Part shown: piece by piece, positions 14,609-28,723 of the stretch
How the letters are laid out: every line of letters starts with the position of its first letter
Numbering within the stretch: position 1 is the stretch's first letter
Assembly (NCBI GenBank): GCA_951406725.2
Contig: OX597828.1
Span: 63,674,001-63,738,000, forward strand
Direction of reading: 5' to 3'
Length of the DNA stretch: 64,000 nt
Source of the DNA: Octopus vulgaris
Taxonomy: Eukaryota
Notes under the pieces: generated by a model
Databases searched by the model: none
What the model was told of the DNA's origin: nothing
What the model saw: the letters and a program-made list of their open reading frames with translations, nothing else
Translations under genes and position numbers: made by a program

Positions 14609-15647
14609 ACCTATCTACCTACCTACCTACCTACCCACCTCTCTCTCTCTCTAGTAAGGGAGATAGGTATATGAAAATACAGCATTTCGGATCCCTCTAC
14701 CCACCGACCCACCCCCGGAAACCACAACACCAGCATTAACATCATCACCCCTCCGACGACGACGACGACGATCTACTCCCATTCCGTTACCAACACCTGT
14801 ACCACTACCACCTCCCCACCACCACCACCATCATCATCAACACCACCACCATCACCACCTCCTCAACGATCACCTTACTACCACTGTTAGTACCAAAACC
14901 ACCACCACCACCACCACCACCACCATTATTATTACTCACATTAACTATTCCGTGACTCCCCCCTCACTCATACACACTTCAAACGCCTCCTACCACTTAT
15001 ATACTCTCACCTTCACCACCACCACCACCACGCCACTTATCAAACATCACTTCACTTCTTTCTCCCCACCACCACCACCACCACCACCACCACCACCATT
15101 ACCACCACCACCACCAAACCTCCAACAAGACCGCCGCCACCATTATTACTTCCTATATTGACATCAACCACAACAACCTCCCCAACCATCCACCACGACC
15201 ATCACTTCCGAAATTGCCATCAACTACAACAAACACACCTCTTCATCATCGTCAGGGACAACGATATATATATATGTGTGTGTGTGCGTGTGTGCATGGA
15301 TGTATATATGTGTATGAATATACACATAGCTATTTGTATGTGTATATGAGAGTATTTATATTTATTTATAAATTATACAGGATTCCGCTGTTCAAGAGGA
15401 AGGTCGTCTCATTTGGCGTTGCTCGCTCAATGAAACAACATCGAATTTAACTCGGAGTACAAACAAAAACAACAACAATAGCAACAACGAGGAGACAAAA
15501 AACATCAACAGTCTACACCACCACCCCAACTACCACCACCACCACCACCACCACCACCACCAACGCCACCACCACCACCGCCCCCTCGGTTTTATATTCG
15601 AACAAACGTCAACTAAAGCCGTTCAATGTCTCCCATTCTCTTAACAG

Positions 15648-15748
15648 ACTGGATCATGCCGCGTCTACCCAATCTTCTTCGGACACAGTTCCAAAGGAAC
15701 TATTTGTTTTTCTCTGGAGCTGACCCTATGATGTTTGCCTCACCGGAG
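15648..15748 (+). CDS. Candidate spliced exon (W-I-MPRLPNLLRTQFQRNYLFFSGADPMMFASPE), ends in phase 0
   Basis: Pyrimidine tract plus TTAACAG| acceptor (15631-15647) and a consensus GAG|GTAAGT donor at 15749. Only one of three frames is open across the 101 nt; ATG at 15656. Confidence 0.6.
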
Positions 15749-15996
15749 GTAAGTGATGATCCTTTAAAATAATAATAATTATAATTATCAATCAGTGTCC
15801 GCCAAAAAGAAAATTTAACCAATCACCCTGCAATCTTTCTTTATATTTATTTTCGTTTTTCGTCGCCAATCAATTTACAAGTTTTCTTCAATTAGTTTTC
15901 ATTGATTCAATTAAAACTTTTAGACACCGTTGTGAGTTTTTTTTGTCTTGCTTTACAGCAGTTAAAGACATTTCAACAAATTATATGTATGTACAC

Positions 15997-16035
<39 letters not shown>

Positions 16036-16258
16036 GTAGATATATGTGTAGTTATGTGCATGTAATATAATATATATATATATTTACACAAACACACACA
16101 CACACGTATATATATGTAATATATATGCATGTAAGTATATATACATATCCTATATTCTATGTATAACCGTGTATATCTATATTCTTTTCTGTCGCCCACC
16201 GAAGGATGAAAGGCAAAGTCGACCTCGGCGGAATTTGAACTCGTATATCAATGGTTGC

Positions 16259-16309
<51 letters not shown>

Positions 16310-17689
16310 TTCATATTTTGAGCGTGGATTGATGTGCATATTCTTACGGAAGGATTATTGAGTTAAGTACCAGTCATATACTGGTCGCCCCTTAATTCCC
16401 TATTAACTTCTTTCTATTAAATCCATCACTATTTGTCCGTTCTCATTAAAAACAAAGCAACACCATCCAATCCGTTCGCTGATTGGCTGAATAAAAGTAT
16501 CTATTTTAAAATTGTGGAAAAACATCTTTTCTTAACTTATGTCTTCCCTGATTCATTATGTAGTTACGTCTTTCACTTTTCTCAGGGACAAAATGTTGTG
16601 TCTCCTTTATTTTCCGAGAACAAACCCTACTGAAATTTCAGTTAATTTTCTTTCTCTTCCTTTAAATTCACCCTTTTTCCTCGATCTCTAACGAAAATAA
16701 GTACCAGTAATGTGTCACGAAAGATATACCCGACGAGGATATACCCACTCCCCTCTAGGTACTACCCTTCTGCATAAATATAATGAAGAATCAAGTTTTC
16801 TAAAGAAATCATTTTTGTTAGCAACTGTTCTTATTCCGTTCTTATTCCACCCTCATCTAGGATGATTTAAGGTAATATACTTCGTGGAGTTCAGAATTAT
16901 TAGTTGCGCACCTGCCTCATGGGGGTGTAGGAAAATATTTGAAATGGGAGGGAGAATAAAATGCATTAAAATAAAATTGAAGTTTTTGAGAATAGCAACT
17001 GTTCTTATTCCGTTTCGCCCCTGGATCGCCGAATTTGAATTCACAGCATAAGGAGCTGCAACAAATACCACCAGACACGCTATCAATGCTCCAACGATTC
17101 TGCCTACCCGCCATCTTAAAGCTATGTTAAACATTCGATGAAAGATTGATTACATTTTGAAGTCAGTGTTTACTGTAGCCTTTAAGATAGCAATTAATTA
17201 TTTTCTTTAAAAAAAAACCCTCTAAAGAAATAAACAAATGTTTTCAGTATTTGAAAAACATTAAGAAACACAGCTTAGACACAAGTAGCAATCGGTTCGA
17301 ATTCGTTCTGCACGAAATATGTACATTTGCTCAAAATTTACAAGTTTAACTTTGAGAGTTTTGGAAAAGTTTTCCATTTTCTCTTTCTTTCCTTTTAAAT
17401 AATACTATTTTTGCCATAGGTACCACGCCAAATAAACATTGATAGGAAATTGCCATGGTTGTGCAAATGTGTTTAATGAGAATTATCTTAAGATGTAAGC
17501 GGTTTGAAACATAATTTCACTCCGGACAGGATTTGAAATCGCGACGTAAAAAATATAACGATCAGCAAAGAAACGTGGCAAAAAACATGGTTTCTGGACG
17601 AACAAACTTGGGATAAACCGTTCATGAATAATAATTATCGTTGCCTTGTGCACAACACCAGCAGTTTTAAGGGGAAGTGCCTTAGTTAA

Positions 17690-18065
17690 GACCATTGATC
17701 CCAGGAATAGACTATTTTAATGACTCTGAAAGGATGAAAAGTGAAAATGACCCCAGTAAAATTTGAAACTCAGAACGTAAGGTCGGAAGAAATACTGCAA
17801 AGCATTTTGTCTGGTGTGCTGACGATTTCGTCGGCTCGACACCTTCCCTTTGTAAATAATGGTTTCTAATTTTAGCAGTTTTGGGGAAGGGGGTTGATTA
17901 CATCGACCCCCAGCACTAAATTGAACTTATTTGAACTTATTTATCGACCCCGATTGGTTAAAAGATTACTGCGCTAGAATTTGAACTCAGAACGTCAAGC
18001 CTGAAGAAATGGCGCGAGGTCTTTCGTTCAGCGTGCTTAACGATTTTGCCAGCATGCCACCTTCC
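17690..18065 (-). mobile_element. Two degenerate SINE family A copies
   Basis: GAAAGGATGAAA...AATTTGAAACTCAGAACGT and GAATTTGAACTCAGAACGT blocks on the + strand. Confidence 0.7.
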
Positions 18066-18082
18066 GTTCGTAAAACACCGAA

Positions 18083-18221
18083 AGTAGCTTGCTTCCCAAC
18101 CACATGGTTCTGGGTTCAGTCCCACTGCGTGGAACCTTGGGCAAGTGTCTTCTACTGTAACCTCGGGCCAACGAAAGACTTGTGAGTGGTTTTGGTAGAC
18201 GGAAGCTGAAAGAAGCCCGTC

Positions 18222-18270
<49 letters not shown>

Positions 18271-18465
18271 TGTGTGTGTTTGTCTGTGTTTGTCCCTTCA
18301 TCATCGCTTGACAACCGATGTTGGTGTGTTTATGTGATTCGGCAAAAAAGAACAATAGAATAAGTACTGGGCTTACAAATCTTGGGATCGATTTGTTCGA
18401 CTAAAAAGGTGGTGCTCCAGCATGGCCGCAGTCAAATGACTGAAACAAATGAAAGAAAAAGAGAA
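18083..18465 (+). mobile_element. SINE family B with expanded internal (TG)n
   Basis: Matches the 9.4 kb copy along its length. Confidence 0.85.
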
Positions 18466-18534
18466 TATGGTCGTATCTTCGAAGAAATGATACAAGTCAA
18501 ATGAGAGGAACGAAGCACTTTAGATGAATACAAT

Positions 18535-18830
18535 GGATGAAAGGTAAAGTCGACCCCGGTGGAATTTGAACTCAGAACTAACGGCAGACGAAATACCTAT
18601 TTCTTTACTACCCACAAGGGGCTAAACACAGAGAGGACAAACAAGGGCAGACAAACGGATTAAGTCGATTACATCGACCCCAGTGCGTAACTGGTACTTA
18701 ATTTATCGACCCCGAAAGGATGAAAGGCAAAGTCGACCTCGGCGGAATTTGAACTCAGAACGTAACGGCAGACGAAATGCGGCTACGCATTTCGCCCGGC
18801 GTGCTAACGTTTCTGCCAGCTCACCGCCTT
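18535..18830 (-). mobile_element. SINE family A, head plus partial tandem unit
   Basis: GGAATTTGAACTCAGAAC occurs twice about 183 bp apart; head AAGGCGGTGAGCTGGCAGAAACGTTAGC on the minus strand. Confidence 0.9.
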
Positions 18831-19222
18831 CGCATACAAATATATTGTAACGTTCAATCAATTCTCGTATCTCTCCCCCCCCCCCCCGCCACATCCACAT
18901 TTGCATACATCGTTATCGATTATCAATTCACTTAAACAACATAGTTTCCATTTATGTTGAAACACGTAACTTTCATTGATTCGCTTTACGTTCAAAATGT
19001 TACGTTATATCATTGGCATAGACTTTTGCTGACAAAACACCACGTTTATCCAACTGCTAAATAAACAATCTCTATTTTTTGGATATCTCATTGCTATGGC
19101 AACGACAATTATTCGCGCTATTTTATTAATCTATTCAATTTTGTACATTCCTCGTTTAAATCATTTCAGCTTTCAATCACTTTCAGGGGTCCTGTCTGTC
19201 TGTCAGTATATCACATCATCTC

Positions 19223-19281
<59 letters not shown>

Positions 19282-19490
19282 CTACAAAATTAGAAAATGG
19301 AGAAACATCTATGTTTACTCATTTTCTAATTTTTAGTTTCAGTAATATTATTACCTTTGCCCATATAATACAATAGATGAACTGATTGTTTGGCAATTTT
19401 TAACATCTATGTATTAGTCGTACCTATCTAGCAGTATATTGGATTTATCCATGGTGGGTTGAATTTTTCAACCCCTATCTCATTTTATAA

Positions 19491-19533
<43 letters not shown>

Positions 19534-19534
19534 C

Positions 19535-19718
19535 TCTCTACTCTTTACTCTTTTACTTTTATTTGTTTCAGTCATTTGACTCGGTGAGCACCTCGACCCG
19601 GGACTTATTCTTTGTGCCCAGTACTTATTCTAACCGCTAAGTAACGGGGACATAAACACACCAGCATCGGTTGTCAAGCAATGCTAGGGGGACAAACACA
19701 GACACACTAACACACTCA

Positions 19719-19780
<62 letters not shown>

Positions 19781-19943
19781 TACGACGGGCTTCTTTCAGT
19801 TTCCGTCTACAAAATCCACTCACAAGGCTTTGGTCGGCCCGAGGCTATAGTAGAAGACACTTGCCCAAGGTGCCACGCACTGGGACTGAACCCGGAACCA
19901 TGTGGTTGGTAAACAAGCTACTTACCACACAGCCACTCCTGCG

Positions 19944-19946
<3 letters not shown>
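19535..19946 (-). mobile_element. SINE family B
   Basis: Reverse complement starts GGCGCAGGAGTGGCTGTGTGGTAAGTAGCTTG and ends in an (AGTAAAAG)n-like tail. Confidence 0.9.
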
Positions 19947-19992
<46 letters not shown>

Positions 19993-20891
19993 ATATATAT
20001 ATACATAATATATATGTATATATATATATATATATACATATGTATGTATATATATATATATATACATAATATATATGTATATATATATATTTATTTATAT
20101 ATATATTTGTATATACATGTATGTATATATATGTATATATTATTATTTGGGTGTATTTATGTATACATACATGCATATTCAACCTTCCCTTAATCCTTTA
20201 AAACGGTAATATATAATATAAGGGATATATGGCTGGTATTGCTTATAATTTGCCGCCTTCTGTTTTTTTTTACTGATGCAAGCCGCCATTACTTTTGTAC
20301 GACTCCGTTCTGTTGTTTTTTTTGTTTTTATTTTGTTATTTTGATGTGTTTACCAGTAAAACATGATTTATTTTTTTATATTTCTTCCATTCATCACCCA
20401 ACAGTGTGTCTGTGTGTCAATATATGTAAATGTAAGATTGTATATACATTTATGTGTGCACATGTGTGTGTCAGTATATATATGTGTGTGTGTATAGTAT
20501 CTATCTAAATGCGTGTCTATACATGTGCGTATAATGATTTAAGAATATATGTATGTATATGCATATATGAATGCATACACACACACACACACACACACAG
20601 ATAGATATGCGTCTGCAGGTATTATATACACGCCTGTGCGTATGTGAATGCGTGTGTAAAGATCTGTCTGACTGACCAAGCGTGTGTGTTTGTGCTCCTG
20701 TGTAGGTGTATATATCTATACATCTATATAGATATATATGAAGACGTCTAAGTCCTGATGTGTAGGTGTTTAGGCGTGTTCCGCTCTATGTGTGTGTCAT
20801 TATTGTACACGAATGTATGCGTAACCACTTGTTGGGGAAAGGGGGTATGGAAGTGCCTATCTCTGTATATAAAACGTTTATGGGGATGTAG

Positions 20892-20945
<54 letters not shown>

Positions 20946-20999
20946 ATATATACATAAACATATATATATATACATAAACATATATCTCCCCATAAACGT

Positions 21000-21061
<62 letters not shown>

Positions 21062-21172
21062 TGTGTGTGCGTTTGTGTCTGTGTTATGTGTGGTTGTATG
21101 TATATGTGTGTGAGTCCTTGCGTGTATGTGAATCTGCATGCCTATGTATGTGTATGTATGTACTCATGCACG

Positions 21173-21217
<45 letters not shown>

Positions 21218-21260
21218 TCACACAGACACGAATCTCAGTAGTCATGGTGACGAAGTAAAA

Positions 21261-21360
<100 letters not shown>

Positions 21361-21428
21361 CATACACAACATTATACATACACATAAATGTATACACATA
21401 TACACACATACACATACTACACACAATC

Positions 21429-21469
<41 letters not shown>

Positions 21470-21632
21470 AACACATACACACCTGTAACAACAACAAGTG
21501 TGTATGTACACAAATATAACAACAGTTGCTTGATGTTCAGGTGATTGAAGGAAAACAGGAAGTGGCAGAGATTTAACGGGATTCATAATTGCAAAAGTGG
21601 AATAAAACGTACCTACCTGCTTAAAAAACAGA

Positions 21633-21672
<40 letters not shown>

Positions 21673-21777
21673 TGCGTACGTGTAGTCACGCATACGTTTT
21701 TACTCGCATTCACATGTACGTGCTTATACAAACGCACGCAAACACATTACACAATCATGTGTGAGCGTGCGTGTGAA

Positions 21778-22085
21778 TGCACATGGCTTAGTGGTAAGGT
21801 ATTATGCTCACGATTGTAGGACGATGAGTTCGATTCTCGGCGACGTACTGTGTCCTTTATTTAGCAAGGCACTTTATTTATAACGTTGCTTCAGTTCACT
21901 CAGCTGGCAAGAATGAGTTGTACCAGTAATTCAAAGGGGCCAACCATGTCACATTCTGTGTCACGCTGAGGCGGTTCTGTGTATGTGTAGTACTCAGCCA
22001 CTTGCACGTTAATTTCATAAGGTGGCTGTTCCGTCGTTGATAGGATCATCTGAAGCACTCACCGTCTTGACCGACGGAGTACCAC
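21778..22085 (+). mobile_element. tRNA-derived SINE family C (CORE-like central domain)
   Basis: A box TGGCTTAGTGG, B box GAGTTCGATTC, then TGTGTCCTT...AGCAAGGCACTTTA...CACTCAGCTGGCAAGAATGAG. Related copies at 33.1-33.3 kb (minus) and 36.5-36.8 kb. Confidence 0.75.
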
Positions 22086-22126
22086 TTACACATATTCGGT
22101 GTGCGTGTGCATGTATGTATTATTGG

Positions 22127-23010
22127 CAGTGGCGGCTTATGTATAGGCTCTGCGGAACTGCAGCTCCCCCTATTTCAACTCGATATTATCGATGTGGTAA
22201 GTAGCTTGCTTACCAACCACATGGTTCCAGGTTCAGTCTCACTGCGTGACACCTTGGGCAAGTGTCTTCTACTATAGCCTCGGGCCGACCAAAATCTTGT
22301 GTGTGGATTTGGTAGACGGAAACTGAAAGAAGCCCGTCGTATATATATGTGCTTATATATGTGTTTGTTTGTGTTTGTCCCCCCACCATAGCTTGACAAC
22401 CGATGCTGGTGTGTTTACGTCCCCGTAACTTAGCGGTTCGGCAAAAGAGACCGATAGAATAAGTACTAGGCTTACAAAGAATTAGTCCTGTGGTCTATTT
22501 GCTTGACTAAAGGCGGTGCTCCAGCATGGCCACAGTCAAATGACTGAAACAAGTAAAAGAGTAAAACAGTATAGAATAATGAGTCCTTTTTTCTTTAATT
22601 CTTTCTTTATACTTGTACATTATATAATCCTTAAGCTTAATGTCAGTAGCCATCCCCTAGTTTGTTAAAAAATACAAATATCCTTGTATAGAACTGTGCA
22701 CTTCACAGTTTCAGCGACGCGGTGATTGGCTGTTGTGTGCATACTCACATGTCCGAGATAGGAAGCTTCCTGCTAGGGAGAGACAGCACTGGCGTTCACG
22801 CAGTACCGGAGAAGAACCACTAGCTTTCACGTGTGTTGTGCTTAAAAATGTGTTTATATTCTTGAATGTGATAAAGTGTAGAATTAGATTATTATCCTGT
22901 TATCCTGCTTCGAGCTTCAGTGTTGCTGCCAGGATTAGAAAAATAGAAAACAACGGTTAAGGATTTCCTGAAGCAGCGCCGCCACTAATTTTATCTACGA
23001 GCTGCCACTG
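22127..23010. mobile_element. Non-autonomous hAT DNA transposon with a nested SINE B (22194-22565)
   Basis: Termini CAGTGGCGGCT and AGCTGCCACTG; perfect 8-bp TSD ATTATTGG at 22119-22126 and 23011-23018. Confidence 0.85.
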
Positions 23011-23197
23011 ATTATTGGTCACAGTATCCCGCGTGTCTTGGCTATTCTAGCGAGAAACCCAGTTCTCTCGTGACCACCCTTGTCCCCCTCCTCCTCATAT
23101 GTTCACCTGCCATCTCTTTCATATCTAGGAACGTCCTTATGCTCCTTTTTTTCACGTCCCAATTTCATTCCTGTCCAAACAATTTGTTGGTCTACAT

Positions 23198-23809
23198 CAG
23201 TGGTTCTCATCTCTGTTTTTATTTTCTTGGCAGTGCCTTCTTTTAAGTAACTGTTATGTCTAGCGCTCACCTAATGGCCGAGTGAGGTATCACGACTAAA
23301 CTAATTCTAACACCAGTGACACTTTATAAATTTTATTCTAAAAATGGATTAGATAAACTTTTAAGCATGATCGATAAGTTTACCGTCATCAATTCACCGC
23401 AGGCAAAGTTCACCATCATCAATTTACCGTTTTTTTACTCTCATTAAAATGGTTTTAAACTATTAATGGTGAGATGTTATGGATAGATTTTCTCGGTAAA
23501 CATTCCTCGCGGTGAATTTCCTTCTTCACAGTGAATTAATGGCGGCGAACTTTCCCTACGGTGATTTGATGGCTGTGAACTTACCTGTTAAAGAAAGTTT
23601 ATGTTGTAAATTTTCTTTATAAATTGCAAGTTAATGGCTTTTCCTGTGTCTGATGAGATCTAATTTTATTTCAATAACCATTGCTAATTTTATCAAGTAT
23701 AATATAATTATTAGTATAGGTAAAATTTATTATATTAATTATGTTACCTCCCACTTCAATATGCCCAGGGCTCCCTTGGGTGTGGCAGCGTCCACGCTGA
23801 GAACCTCTG
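23198..23809. mobile_element. hAT-Charlie-like MITE with a nested palindromic element (about 23372-23586)
   Basis: Termini CAGTGGTTCTCA and TGAGAACCTCTG. Flanks GTCTACAT and GTCTACGC match at 6/8 and resemble the Charlie NTCTAGAN target. Confidence 0.75.
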
Positions 23810-23919
23810 GTCTACGCAAGCAACATGAATCCTGTTATATCCAGTAGCAGTGAACAACAGCGAGGTTTAGGCTAACTGGTCTTTAGCCGTCGCTCGATGC
23901 AACCAAATTCCTGCAGAGT

Positions 23920-24464
<545 letters not shown>

Positions 24465-25770
24465 ACACGCATATGTATGTGTGAGAGTATATAATATATA
24501 TATTATATTTATATATAAATATATATACGAATACACATCACATGCGAACACACGTGTACACACACACACATTTACACGCAAGCACGCACTCTACTGTCAA
24601 CACGCCAGAATTGTGAAGCCAGATGTGTGCTGTTAAAACGCTCTTATAGCTTCGTTACGGCTGAACCCTTTAATAGCCACAACGCAAGACTGGTAATTGG
24701 TAATAGTGGCGGGGTGGGGGTGGGGAGATAGTGGTGGTGGTGGTGGCTGCAATAGTGGTAGTGGTGGTGGTGTTAAGAGTGTAGTGGTTGTTGTAGTGAT
24801 ACTGATGGTGGTGGTGGTTTTATGATTAGTGTTGCTGTTGGAGGCAGGGATAGTGGTTCCGTTGTTGATTTTGTAGTTGATGATCTGCTTTTGTTATTTA
24901 ACCCTAGGCCAGAAAACCCTATATAACACCCCATATCTCTTTCAAAAATGGCAGGCTGTGGTTTGAAGCAGTTGGTTGCGATTTCTAGCAGGTCCTATGT
25001 CCCCTTATATAGACTTCCCGTTGGCTATAGTTGTTGTAGGTCAGTTCTAATAGAAACAACAGACAAGACCTCGTATCAACGGCGTTCCATCCGTGACAGT
25101 TTTTTTTTTACAGAAACTGTATGTATAAAACTACATAATACAATTTCTTCTTTTTCAGAGGCTAAAGTGTAATCTGAGGCATGTAGCTGCTGTTTCTAGC
25201 TGGCTGATTACACGGACGCACTTTTGCGTTATAGGCTGTGTGAATGGTTTCAATGAAGGTGGGCATCTGAGCCTGACCGTTTCGGTTCCTTTGAATACTT
25301 TGTCTTGGGTCCCTCAAAATACGTGTCTCGTATGGCATCTCTTGGCTAATGTCAGATCTGACGGAGCCCAGCCCTTCTTCAAGGATGAGCGAAACTCGTT
25401 TCTCCCAAAGGGAGAGGTGGAGTGAGAGAGAGAAAGCAGGGAGAGGGAAGAGAGAGAGAAAAAGTGATAGTTGTTGAAAATTAATTAGTGTACGGATCTG
25501 GTACTTTATTTATCGATTCTGGAAGGATGAGAGGCAAGCTTCTCCTCACCTGTATTTGATCTTTACGTCCAGAGAACTGGAACGAATAACGCAAGACAAT
25601 CTAAGCGACGCTGCCACGCCTCAGCCAATCGCCGCCGCTTTTCATTTATAATATATATTATATGATATTTTATTATATCATAATATATATTATGATATTT
25701 TTCAATGATATTATAATATATACATATTATGATATAATGATATTCTAACATTTCAATATTTACTATATCT

Positions 25771-25990
25771 AAGTTGGCGAGCTGGCAGAAATGTTAGCAC
25801 GCCGGACGAAATGATTAGCGGCATTTCGTCTGTCTTTACGTTCTGAGTTCAAATTCCGCCGAAGTTAACTTTGCCTTTCATCCTTTCGGGGTCGATAAAT
25901 TAAGTACCAGTTACGTACTGGGGTCGAACTAATTGACTGACCCCCTCCCCCCAAATTTCGGGCCTTGTGCCTAGAGTAGAAAAGAATTTT
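25771..25990 (+). mobile_element. SINE family A (short-tail variant)
   Basis: GGCGAGCTGGCAGAAATGTTAGCACGCCGG...GAGTTCAAATTCCGCCG...CCTTTCGGGGTCGATAAATTAAGTACCAG...GGCCTTGTGCCTAGAGTAGAAAAG. Confidence 0.9.
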
Positions 25991-26121
25991 TACTTTATCT
26001 TTTTTTTAATCTTTTAATTGCTTTCATCATTGGATTGCGGCCCAGCTGGAAGACCACCTTCAAGGGTTTAGTCGAAGCATCGACTCCAATATTACATCAG
26101 GCCTGGATTTTATCTTATTTG

Positions 26122-26155
<34 letters not shown>

Positions 26156-27005
26156 CGAATCGCAAATTATAGAGAAGCAAAAAAAAAAGAAAACCCATAA
26201 AACCAAAACGAAAAAAAAACCAAGAAAGACCAACACCGTTTGTCAACGGTTGTGTTAGGGACGAACTCGAGTACAAACTCATACACACACGTTACAACAC
26301 GCGCGCGCGCGCATACACTTGAACTTGCAAACTGAAGGCTTCCAATCTCGCAGTGATGTTGATGTACTTCTGTGGGTGTGTATGAGAGAGAGAGGGGGGA
26401 GAGAGAGTGTATCTACGCGTGTTTGTCAGTGAGAGGAGTAACTATAGTTATTATTATTTAGTAGTGGTGGTAGTAGTAGTAGTAGTAGAAGAAGAAGTCG
26501 AAGGAGGAGGAGGAGGTGTGTACGTAAGAATGCGCGCTTGCATTTGTGTGTGAGAAAGTGTTGTTTAGGAGGAGGAAGTGATGTTTTCCTCAAACATGGC
26601 TGACTTTTCTCTCGTTTCATTGACTTCTTTTCCATCCGACCGACAAATGGCGGGATCATTGGATTTGACATCTCCCGTCTCCACCGCTGCCAACACTGCC
26701 ACCGTCATCGCTATCACAACCTCCACCCCACCATCACCATCACTACCATCATCACCATCACCATCATCACCACTATGCTGCCATCGCTATCACTACCACC
26801 GTTGCCACCATCCATGTCGCTAATTTCATCGTCATTGTTGATATGACCGTTATTAGCAACTCCATCAATAACCACATCCACGTCACCACCACCACCATCC
26901 CTGTTATCACCATTACCTCTACCATCACCATCACCATCGTCGATTATGTCGACGACACCCGCCGCCACCCCCACCCTCACTACTACTACTACTACTACTA
27001 CTACA

Positions 27006-27065
<60 letters not shown>

Positions 27066-28615
27066 GCTGCTGCTGCTACTGCTGCTGCTGCTGCAAGTAT
27101 TGCACATATTATCAATTTCATAATCTGCTGCCACAAACTCGGTCATAGTCCCAACCATTACCACTAACAACAACAACAACACCCACCACCACCACCACCA
27201 CTACTGTCGCCACAACAACCACGGGATCACAGAAATTCCCAAAATATTTCGAATATGTTTTGAAATCTATTGCACTTGTGATGCTATGAGTAGCCGTAAA
27301 AAACTTCTTTTTGTTGAAGGTTTTTTATTGGAAAATAACTTATGCACACGCACACGCACACACGCACACGCATAGACACACACATATACATACATGCACG
27401 TACTCTGCCACTCTTTCTCACATATAGAAACACCCGTACACATACGTTCACACACGCACTTACACGCACATTCTCTTTCTCTCTCTCACACACATGCATA
27501 CATTCTATCTGTCTCTCTCATGCACTTATGCTTTCTCTCTCACATTGTCATATTCTCTCTCTCTCTCTTTCTCAACACACACACACACGCATACGCATAC
27601 ACACATACGCGCACACATATACCAAAAACAATACTGATTTCTCCTATAAAAACAAACGAAAGCTTCGCTCTAGCAGAATCGGTAGAGCGTCGGACGAAAT
27701 GCTTCATGGCACTTGTCCCAGTTCTATTACAGTTTGATTTCAAAGCTTGTTGAGGTCAACTAACCCCTTCATCGTTTCGGGGTCGATAAAATGAAGCACC
27801 AGCGCAGTAACTGGGGGCGATGGAATCGGCTAATCCCACCAACCCCCAACAGATAGGTGGCTTTGTTCTTAAATCAGGATCCAATATAAGAAGCGCAAGG
27901 CAGTCGATATTGGGAATAATCGATGAAAATCAATCAGAGTACTTGACCTGTTCTTTATTCTGTCAATAGCAATCGGACAAACATTAGATATACACAAACA
28001 ACAATTTAAAGCTAATTAAAATATTAAATCAATGAAGAAATGAAATAAATTTAAAGTTTAAAGTGTAAGGGATGAAAATTATGTGTAGTGTAAATAGACG
28101 AAATGTTTACGTTGGTAAAGGAAGAGATTTCCGTCAGGTTGGTCCAAGGATTGCGACCATCCTGGGCACCGCCGTTTGCTTTGCTACACTTTCACTAAAT
28201 CATTACCGCAGGATCTTCTGTGATGATTCTATAATAATATATATATCGTAATCTTTTGTGCTCAATATTTTAATGAACTTGTTAAACTTTTTATATTTTC
28301 CCAAGATTTTCCCTTGTAAACTGTTTTTAACATGTTCTTATTATTATCAAAGAATGTATATATGTATTGTAATATTTTGTGACAACCTGTACTTAACACA
28401 ACAAAACTTTTACATGTTACTTTTGACAATCTTTTTCTAAAAAAGTTAACCGGTCAAGTAAATAAACATCTTTTAAAATTGCATTTTCAAACCGTCTTTA
28501 TATATATATATATATATATATATATGATATATGTGTCTATACATCATTATACATACGAACGTACATAACTATACATACATATTAGTTTATAGATAACATG
28601 CAAAAAATGCCTACA

Positions 28616-28668
<53 letters not shown>

Positions 28669-28674
28669 ATTAGA

Positions 28675-28723
<49 letters not shown>

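Noticed and set aside
26596-26823. ORF MADFSLVSLTSFPSDRQMAGSLDLTSP... with a good start context
   Set aside because: It runs into trinucleotide repeats and stops without a splice donor; at most a uORF.
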